From the NCBI RefSeq assembly GCF_006345805.1, contig NC_043007.1, forward strand, positions 68,572,001 to 68,636,000: DNA of 64,000 nucleotides, written 5' to 3'. This document shows positions 53,655-64,000 of the stretch, one piece after another; the first letter of the stretch is position 1; every line of letters starts with the position of its first letter. Made by a program: the position numbers and the translations under genes. The notes beneath the pieces are model-generated. The model was not told where the DNA came from. It worked only from the letters and a program-made list of their open reading frames with translations, and did not search any database. This stretch comes from Octopus sinensis (lineage: Eukaryota).

Positions 53655-53723
53655 CATACATACATACATAAATACATACATACATACATACATACATAAT
53701 ACATACATACATAAATACATACA

Positions 53724-53759
<36 letters not shown>

Positions 53760-53875
53760 TACATATTTTGTATATATATATAAAGATTGTTTAAAGGTAA
53801 ATTTCCAAAATTGGTTATTAGGGATATGCAATCCTAGCTCTTACCATATTCCCTTTTACTTACTTAATATAATAC

Positions 53876-53917
<42 letters not shown>

Positions 53918-54135
53918 CTGTGTGTGTGTGTTTGTGTTTGTGTTAGGTCTCCTACCACCGCCTGACAACAAGTATTGTTTTGTTTACCTTTCCGTAAATT
54001 AGCAGTTCGGCAAATGACATTGATATAATAAGTACCAGACGCTAGAAACATATATATCGGGGTAGAATTGTTCGATTAAACCCTGCAAGGCTGTGCTCCA
54101 GCATCGTGGAAGTACAATCACTGAAACAAGTAAAC
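53440..54135 (+). mobile_element. SINE family B, degenerate, with expanded internal microsatellite
   Basis: Head ggctgtatg..ggatccagtcc, gaccaaag..gaaactgaagtaagcccgtc; tail gtgctccagcat..ctgaaacaagtaaa. Confidence 0.7.
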
Positions 54136-54164
54136 GATGAAAGATATATTATGCTTATATCTAC

Positions 54165-54395
54165 TAGTGATCCGGTTTCTCTGGTCGGAAGGTGTGTCAG
54201 GTGCTGAAATTCATCGAACGCTTTTAGTACAATACAAGGACAGTGCACTACGGCGTAAAAGTGTGTATGAGTGGAATGAGAAGTTTAAAAGTAGCCGAAC
54301 AAGCGTGACGCACAAAAAGGGATCAGGACGCACGTCGACCTCCACTAATGACGAAAAGATTCAGCAAGCCCACGAGATGGTGATGGTGAACTGGT
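54165..54395 (+). pseudogene. Mariner transposase N-terminal HTH fragment
   Basis: VIRFLWSEGVSGAEIHRTL..YKDSAL.RKSVYEW.EKFKSSRTSV....SGR.STS. Confidence 0.85.
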
Positions 54396-55129
54396 TCACC
54401 GTTACCATCTTTCGGATCACTGCCCTTTTGTTCTTCTTTGGTGAACATTGCTAGTGGAGCGGTCATGCTTACACTGTAAAGTTAGAAAGAAAAATGGCGT
54501 TATCAGGCTTAAACTTCGATCATGTGGCGAAAATAGTACTAACTATTAGCACGCATGCGCCGAAGGCAGTGTGACAAAAATAAAGATATGTTATGGCGAA
54601 AGTGCGGGTAATTTTTGACTTTCCCTCATATATAAAAAAAAAAAAAGTTTTACGTGAATTAAAGATCGGTTATATACTCAGAGAAAATCACAAGCTCATT
54701 AAGGCGGAAAAGCAACGTAGAACTTATAAAAATATCGATGGGTACCAAAACAGTGTAATCCACTGTGGGTGAAATTAATGGATATCACTGTTTCAAACAT
54801 TTGTCCTTTGGTATGATGAATTCAAGAAAGGAACGAAAAATAATGGTGATATACATATGTTTAGTTGTGTTATGTAGAAGCTACGGTATTTGTAATCATT
54901 TTCTCAGATCTAATGAAAATTTCAGTGGTGTATTTCTTTCACATAGAGCGGCACAATTAAGGACAGTGAATTAAATTGTAGCATAAGCGAAATTTTGGCT
55001 GAACAATTTAGGGCAGGAAGAAATAAACAATTAGTAGTTTCAGCAAAAGAAAAAGGGACCACCACTGCAGGAAATAAGTGTGAGTGACGTAGACTGAAGC
55101 GCGTGTGTACTTGTGTATGTAAGTGTATA

Positions 55130-55160
<31 letters not shown>

Positions 55161-55430
55161 GGGTGGGGTGGGTTATATGCAAATATACATGTTTAGGTGT
55201 GGTATGGTATGAAGGAGTTACGGCATTTGAAATAAGTTTCTCGAACTTGTTTAACGAATTTTTAAGTTGCATATTTCTTTTACATAAGGTGGCACAATTA
55301 AGTACACTGAATTAAAGAGTAATATAAACGCATACGCAGACACACACAAGCACATACACACATGCATATATGGCTAATTTCTACGTAAATGTATATGTAC
55401 GTATACACATATACATAAATACATATATAT

Positions 55431-55997
55431 ATATTTAATGTAGGATAAAATTTCTTTCGGAAAAAATGTTATCAATGTCCAGCATATTAAAAAATACCTT
55501 TAAAGGTTAAAATTATAAACAACTTACAAATAAGGGCAAACGAAAAAATTTCTAATGTCAAATATGCCGAAAATTGAACATATTGTCCATTACCATATAA
55601 TTTATCACAATACGCACGCTACTCGAAAAAAAGCCGACAGAAATTTCTAAAATATTCCATTATTACCATATCGGACCGATTTCAGGGTTAGTTCGTCAGT
55701 GATAAACGTGCTAAAGAAATAAATGAGATACTTGCTCATACCAATGGAAGAAGCAAAATACTAAGTCATGAGCACAATTAAGTACCCCAAATACATCCAA
55801 AATAGAAGTATTCCAGCCCATTCAAGAAACGTTTGATTTGAACTGAGGTTCTCACAGAGTGAAAGAGTCCTGAAGTGAACACTTATATTTATATTTAATG
55901 TAGGATAAAAATTTTTTCGAAAAAAAATGTTATCAATGGCCAGCATATTAAAAAATACCTTTAAAGGTTAAAATTATAAACAACTTACAAATAAGGG

Positions 55998-56000
<3 letters not shown>
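55431..56000 (+). repeat. 110-bp direct repeat pair (55431-55539 and 55891-56000)
   Basis: atatttaatgtaggataaaa...caacttacaaataagggcaa occurs twice. Confidence 0.9.
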
Positions 56001-56048
<48 letters not shown>

Positions 56049-57529
56049 TATATATATATGTATGTATGTATGTATACTTACACATATATATGTCTGTATG
56101 TATGTATGTATTTATGTATGTATACAGTAAGTTAGTGAGAGCTAAAGAATCTCCTGATAGATAACAGATTTGAGCTGAAATGAAGTGGGACTTGAATTCT
56201 AAATTCTTCGTGCAGAGCAAGCCACTGTAACAAATGTCGCTGTAAAAGTGAAAGTAGATATCTGCAGTTAAGCTTGATACATATAATTACACGGCCTACA
56301 AAAAATATAGATTATAGAATAACAGATAATAAAATAAAGAAAAGATATAGACAGAAGTTAGGCAAATTCCTATCTCGAGAACTATTTCAAGGAAGCAATA
56401 GATAGATAATAACGATAATGTACAGGCTATATCTGCATAGTATTGGTATGCAACCAGTGGCTAGTCCTGGTGAAGTTATTGCGGTAAGTCCGGCCACCCT
56501 TTTCAAGAGAAGATAGACATTTACCGGAAACATGTGATTGGGAATCAATTTTCTTACCACACACCCTTAATTGTGAATAGTGATATAAATTTAAAATCTA
56601 TAAATATATAAGATATACGAATATTTAATGAGATGCCTCAAATCTGGTTTATATCTCCATTAATTCTGCTTCCTTAGCTGACGCTGATCATAAATTCTTT
56701 CCTGTACATCCAAATATTCGTCTCCACACATATATAATAATATAGCCTAATGTTCCGTTTTCTGTAATTCAAAATGTAATTTAGAATTACTAAAATCATT
56801 GAGAAATTCTTTCCTGTTTAATTTACCTAAAACAAAACAAACACAAAAATGAATCTCAAAACAAGTAATTGAAACGACATATGCTAATTTAGTTAACAAT
56901 ACCATTTTCATCGAATTAGCTTTGGGAATCTCACTGTGAGAAAATTTGAAATGCTAAACTCATTAATTCCAATTTGGTAATATGCCATTATTGTCCATTT
57001 AATTTTATAGAAACTTCATTCTTTTTGTTTTTCAAATATTTCCATTTCTTTTGGTGTTGTTGTTTATCCGCCGGTCACACGTGTGGAGCAGACCTATAAT
57101 TAAAAGCATTCAAGCTGTGAACATGTTTTACTCCATCTTTTTCCGCGAGGTGGGAAATCTATAACCATATCATCCGATGCCTCTTTCGCATTTTCAGGCA
57201 ATCGTATATGATCCACTGTGGATTTGGTTGCAATTTTCAGCAGTTTGAGTGACCAAGAACCGCCTCACTGCTGGTTCTTTTGTAATTTCCTTTTTTTCAC
57301 TTCTATTACTATATGTGTGCCTATGTGTGTATGTGCATGGGTATAGATACATGCATACATACATAGATACATACATATAGGTGCGTGCATCTGTGTGCGA
57401 GCGCGTGTGTGAGGATGTATGCATGTGTGTGTATGATTTTGATATGTCGAAGCAGATAAAACTATAAACGATAGCATTAAAATCCCTTTTGATAGAAAAA
57501 TCGAAGCCTGATAGAAACCCTATAATAAC

Positions 57530-57637
<108 letters not shown>

Positions 57638-57859
57638 TACTATTATTATTTATTATTCAATAAGGATAAGATTTTCTATTACTAAAAGCTTATCTAGACA
57701 TATATCATCTTCAAGTAACACCAAACTTTATGAGTATTATATAAATAGAGGTATTCCTCCTCTAACAAGGAACACATACGCTCCTCAAAGTGATCTAATA
57801 CTACACCTAGAAGAAGCAGGAACGTTAATACCGACACCGCCAATAATAATATAAATGCT

Positions 57860-58240
57860 TTATGTGACTTGAGTTAAGGCAAATTGTAAATTTAACAAAT
57901 ACTGTAAACGCAAAAACCTAAGTATGCCAGGCCACAGTTGAATCTGGAGCTAAATATTTCTATTACCTTGGAGCAACACCATGTTACGTGAAATATCGTA
58001 TCGCGAACCAGGAAGCCTCATTTCAAAATATTAATAAGCGTAATAGCACAGGGTAAGTAAATTTCTTTGGAAACTTATAGATAGTAATAAAACCTATAAA
58101 ATTAGATGGAAAGTTCTAAATGATGTTCGACCTTATAAGCCCCCAGCTAAGACATGTTCGCCCTGACTAGATGAAACATATCATAACCTATTCTCTGAGC
58201 AGAATCTCTTGAATGATAAATCAGATTTACATAAACACAC
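57860..58240 (+). pseudogene. Penelope-like element GIY-YIG endonuclease remnant
   Basis: CKFNKYC..NL/VCQATV..YYLGAT..KYRIANQEASF..NST.SKFLWKL..IRWKVL..Y...KTC..LDE..LLNDKSD fits the PLE endonuclease pattern. Confidence 0.8.
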
Positions 58241-58421
58241 TTTTTCTAAATTCATATAATTATATAATTGCATAATTATATATTATATATTCGTTTTCCA
58301 CCTTTTCCCCCTATATTATATAACATGAAAATGAATTGCATATAATTACACTACCATATGTCTTTTGTATATACACATAATTTATATGGTTGGTGAACAT
58401 AATTGCTTCCTTATCACATGT

Positions 58422-58460
<39 letters not shown>

Positions 58461-59067
58461 ACAAAGTAGAAAATGCTAAAATAATTATATCATGAAGAAC
58501 ATTTTAGAACCGGTTTCGGCCTTTGCGAGCTTTCAAACTTAGGTAGAGCTTGAAAAACAATTAAATTGTGGAAAAATGAAAAAAAAAATGTATTTTTTAA
58601 TTATTTCAATAGTTTTCAAATATAAGGGACATTTTCCTTTTCTCTGTGTCTTTCTCTTTTTTCACTCTTGTGAAGGCTTTGTAGCAGGTAGTAGTAGTAG
58701 TCTTAAAAAATATTTGATACGAGTTTTTGATTTCGATTGTTTAAGCAGCAGTAGACGAGGAAGGAGGCGGCGAAGAAGAAGTAGAAGAAGAAGAAGAAAA
58801 GAAGAAGAAGAAGAAGAAGACGAAGAAGAAGAAGAAGAAGAAGAGGAGGAGGAGGAGGAAAAGGAGTAAGAGAAGAAAAGAAAAATAAGAAAAATACGGG
58901 AGTGGTTTGACAGTAGTAGGATGTTGGAATCCTCTTCAATGGTCAAGTGACCTAAAAGTGACTTTGATATATACATGGCGCCCACAACACATAATACACA
59001 TGAACTTGAGAAATCATATTTGAATAACTTGTATTTGACATATGATCTTGCAATCTAGATTCATATA

Positions 59068-59098
<31 letters not shown>

Positions 59099-61599
59099 GC
59101 ATGTATATGTATGCATATATATGTATGAGTGTGTATATGTGTGTATGTGCATATATGTGTACGTGTATGTGTGTATATATGTATATATGTGTGTATGTGC
59201 GTGTGTGTATATATGCATATATATAGATAGATATATACGTCTGCACCTGTGCACATTTGCGTTTTTTGTAGGCGTATGTACATATTAGTGTGAATTTGTG
59301 TATAGGTGAGTGTATTAACACGTGTGAGTGTGTGTGAGCGCGTATATGTGCGTGTATATATGTATCTGTGCTCTGAATAAATTCATGGTAGTGACTGTTC
59401 GCAATATATCGTTTTTAATACTTGTGTGGGTATTATTATTAGATTAATACATAATATCACCCGTTTTGTTAACCCCACCTTATTTATATTCCCAAAAACT
59501 CACCTATGCTCAATTTTTACCTAAACTTTACAACGTTATCCATTTAACCTTAATTTTAGTGTATATATATATATAGGTGTATATGTATATATATATATAT
59601 ATATACATATACACATTCATATAATAAATAATTAATAACTTGTCAATTAGATTTCAGCAACATATTCTATACTCAACCCCTTAATTGTTTTATATCTAGA
59701 ACATCCATATAACCCACATTGATGATAATAGTACAATTATTTATTATAATCAGAAATATTGAATTTCTTAATATCTCATAGAGATATGTACGGTGGTGGG
59801 GCGATAGAATGATTGTATACTGTCAATCTAACGTGACAGTAGGGGATTACATCACCGCTGTTTAGCCCTAGGAAGCATCGACGCTTCCTGATGGCTTCGA
59901 CATGTTTTTTCCTGTGTCCTTATATATTTATTATAACAATCATTATATAAACCATATTTAACGCCAATATATAAATATAAGTATAAACGTATATAAATAT
60001 AAGTATAAATTTAATCTATTTATCTCTCAATCCTGTTATTATACCCTTCAATAATTTAATTTAATTTTACTTTAAACCTTACTTCTAATCTATCATACGT
60101 ATCACATTGTGAAATAGAATATATATATATGTATATAATATATATATATATATGATTAACGTTAAATAAACCCCAAATCTATATAGTTTTTTTATATACA
60201 ACCCCTATTTTTACATAAATGTTGTATTATGAACACTTTATCGTATATTGTTATTTTTATAATATATTATAATCCAGCATTAATGGCTGTTGGTATTTTA
60301 AATATAATTCAATATATAAATATGAAAATTTAAAATACCCGTACGTACTGATATCTATTTTATCCACGTGACTTATAGGCATATTACTATAGTGAAACAC
60401 GAACTATTTTACATTTCTTAAAAAAAAAAAAAGAATGATATGATTATACATATATATATAAAATAGAGTTCACTATTTACTCAAATTTTGACCTCGGGAA
60501 TTTATCCTGTAATACCGGTTTTTAATTTCTCTCGCATTTCGTGAGTTCAATATAGTTTTTTTTATATAACTAATATTTCCAAATATTTTTCTTAGAACAC
60601 TGAAATTATATCCTAACCAGTTTATTCCTATATGTTATATTTTTCACTGTAAGACTTCTAGAAAACATCATGTTATTTCATAATTGTATCCAATTTCCTG
60701 TAACACCGGTTTTTTAACTTAACTACTACATTTCGTGAATATAAAATATTTTTTATACCACTTAAATTTTAAGTACAAAATCTTTTTTCTTCGAACATCG
60801 GAAATTATATCCTAATTTAATCCTAAATAACACCAATGTTATTCATCCAATCTTTATTTACATTTCCCCATATAATTCTTTGTATAATTCTTTGTATACC
60901 CCTCATGATAAGCTATATCCGTCTTTCTACCATCTCTCTCACATAAACTTTTATAAGTATAATACATATATTGCTTTCAAATAAATTTGATGTGTTAGCA
61001 GCATTTTAACGTTAAATATGAGCTAAATTTTAACGATAAATTTCAAATCACTTGACTCTGCGTCCTTCTATGTAGCTTGTTCACATTTGAAAATTCTTAA
61101 ACATAGTCCCCAAATAAGTAATTTCGTAACATAAGACTATACTTACTTTTCCTGAAGTGATCAACAATATACCGTTTATTACATCTATAAAAGTTACAAT
61201 TATTGATGATTCAAAAATAGCGTTACATTGAAACATATGTAGAATATTTTTTGGATATTTTGGGGTTGTTTTGTTAATGCGGTTCCTTTTATACTTTTTC
61301 TTATAGGTACATCTTTTAATCTTTCAATTTGCATTACTTTTCTAATTGTAATACAAATAAAATGAACCAAGCATCTTTTAAATTTTCTTCGCCATTTTCT
61401 TTTATTGACTTTCTAATTATATATATCTATATCTATATCTATATCTATAAATATATATATTATTTAGTCTGGGGAGAGCCATTCTCTTTTAATGCCTTGT
61501 TATTTAACACACTCACCGGATAGATTTTCACTCATTTAATTATTTATCTTTTCTAAAATTTTTGTTGCGTCTTGCAACCTTTTCGATAGTCTTTGACTG

Positions 61600-61800
61600 T
61601 TGTTTACAAGAACTAGCTTTGTCACACAACATGAAAATCAGCATACTGATGGCAGACTTAATTAGGATAATGAACAACGTTCCCTTCTATGCAAAAACGC
61701 TACCGAACTACATGCACCGCTTGCAATTCTCTGGATATGATCAGAAAGATCTGGTTCGGTATACAGGGGAGAAAATAACTCGTATCGTAAACCTTCAAAT
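61600..61800 (+). pseudogene. Possible Penelope-like RT C-terminal remnant
   Basis: ALSHNMKISILMADLIRIMNNV..YMHRLQFSGY resembles the PLE thumb region (R..SGY). Confidence 0.45.
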
Positions 61801-62701
61801 CATTACAAATATTTCTTAAGCTGAATTTATTTAAAATTTCAAGTTTCCGACCTAAACAGTGATTAAAAGTTTTAACCATCTTACCATGTTTACTAAATGT
61901 CTTAACAGTATTTATTCTTTTCAAAAATTTATTAGCATTATTAATAATAGTACTATATCTAACGATTTGCCCTGCAAAGATACCATAAGCAATAAAAGAA
62001 GGAATTTTATTACTTGGTTTTCAAGCTACTTGGAAACCAAGATTTTCTGTTTTATTATATATGTCAGTACATATTACAATGTTATCCTTAATTACTAGAC
62101 TGACATCTAAATAATTTATATTTTTTTATATTATTACCATTTCTGGTGGCTATGTATGTTTGTGTACCTGTGTTTGCTCTCCCCACTATCGCTTGACAAC
62201 CGATGTTGGTGTGTTTACGTCCCCGTAATTTAGAATTAAAAAATATGTTTGGATGCTTTTCTGTACGTATATATTGTACCTATGTTTCTTCAAAATATAG
62301 TGAGAAGTAGTTTCTCAATTCGTATTTCACTTCTCTGCACTGATGATTTTATATTATTTTCTGACTATATCGCTTCACATTTTCACGATCATTGTTTTTC
62401 ATAGAATCAAATATTTCATTAATGCCACATACTATACTAGATTTGACATTCTAGCCTACGTTCTTGAAATGTTTCTTACAAGGAAAAAAAGACAAAGCGT
62501 TATTCTATACTTTAATTATTTGTTTCAACCATTGAACTGTTGTCATACTGCGGTGCCATCTTGTTTGTTTTACGGCCACTGATCGCATACGAACATATAT
62601 CGGTTATGAAACGATTTCAGCTAAAGACAAACCAGAGGGTGAGAAAATTAGATACTACCACACAACGCACACAACCAAACATAACTCTGTGTGTGACTGA
62701 A

Positions 62702-62782
<81 letters not shown>

Positions 62783-63165
62783 AAGCATAAGCAGACACAC
62801 AGGCATAACACTCACACATATATGCATACATACATATATATATATTTACACATTTATATACACGTTTGTAGGTTTCAATAGGGTGTAACACGAAACTATG
62901 AAATATGAGTTTTCGACTCCTGCTGAAAAAATGTGCTATAAGTTTTCACTGGGCTTCGCTTCATTCCTCGTTATCGCCACCGAGAGACGCAGTGCCAATC
63001 CATGTCTCCAATATAGAGGAGACCATGTAGTTCCGGTTAACATGTCTGAAAAGTCATCAATAATGTTTAAGAGCAATAGTCGGCGTGAAACGGATAACAT
63101 ATTTTAAACAATTATATATCATAACCAGTATATATTACTCACCAGCATCTATCTATCTATTTATC

Positions 63166-63248
<83 letters not shown>

Positions 63249-63351
63249 CCAAATAATATTCTACAACATATACTTGTAAGAAAATATATTGTATATATGT
63301 ACATATTTATATATTATATATAATATTCCGTTATATATATATTATATATAT

Positions 63352-63664
63352 GTGAAGGCGCAATGGCCCAGTGGTTAGGGCAGCGGTCTCGCGGTCGTAG
63401 GATCGTGGTTTTGATTCCCAGACCGGGCGTTGTGAGTGTTTATTGAGCGAAAACACCTAAAGCTCCACGAGGCTCTGGCAGGGGGTCGTGGCGATCGCTG
63501 CTGTACTCTTTCGCCACAACTTTCTCTCACTCTTTCTTCTGTTGGCCTGCTCGCTTAGCCAGCGGGGTGGTGTCATTTCAAGGCTAAAACAATGCGAAGC
63601 GCATTGTGACCAGCGATGTGTAGCAACATCTGATAGCCTGGTCGGTCACGGTGATCACGGTGAT
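63352..63664 (+). mobile_element. tRNA-derived SINE, head shared with the 3585 copy, different tail
   Basis: gaaggcgcaatggcccagtggttagg head; aagctccacgaggctctggcag..ctctttcgccacaact shared; tail ends cacggtgatcacggtgat. Confidence 0.85.
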
Positions 63665-63687
63665 ATTATATACATAATATATATAAT

Positions 63688-63723
<36 letters not shown>

Positions 63724-63755
63724 GATATTATATTATATTATATATATTGTAACTA

Positions 63756-63948
63756 CAGTAATCCATCGACTATCGCGGGTGTTACGTTCCAAAAGCCCCG
63801 CGATAGATAGAAACAGTATTATATTGTATATTTTTTCTAATTATATTTATAATTTGCATATATTTATTTTGCTATAAATGCAAAACAACACCATCGAGGA
63901 ATCGATGTAAGCTTAAATAATAAACCGCGATATGACGAGGGATTGCTG
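63756..63948. mobile_element. Tc1/mariner (pogo/Tigger-like) MITE, 193 bp
   Basis: TA|cagtaatccatcgactatcgcgg ... ccgcgatatgacgagggattgctg|TA. Confidence 0.85.
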
Positions 63949-64000
63949 TATCTTGCATCTTATATATATATATATATATATAAGTTGAGTGTAGAAATTC

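Overview
AT-rich eukaryotic DNA, very probably an Octopus genome (inferred from the SINE families and the dense (TA)n, (TATG)n, (GATA)n and (TAA)n microsatellites; not verified). I found no host protein-coding exon, no rRNA or true tRNA gene and no CRISPR array, so the window looks intergenic or intronic. Almost all ORFs in the supplied track are microsatellite artefacts. The real content is transposable elements. Retroelements: at least 7 R4/Dong-type RLE non-LTR copies, a 3.2 kb GC-rich Tx1/L1-clade element plus an older relative, a HERO/NeSL-like RLE remnant, Penelope-like remnants and many tRNA-derived SINEs. DNA elements: a near-intact 1.62 kb IR/DR-type Tc1 (DD34E), several mariner fragments, Helitron remnants and MITEs. 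The most notable signals are (i) two microsatellite-associated retrotransposon systems, namely a Tx1-clade element sitting inside a (GATA)n array and R4/Dong copies repeatedly bounded by (TAA)n, including a head-to-tail chain; (ii) a perfect 39-bp hairpin made by inverted duplication inside a dead retroelement, plus several larger foldbacks; (iii) recurrent degenerate hammerhead-like motifs next to TA arrays. All alignments were done by eye and coordinates of degraded elements are approximate.
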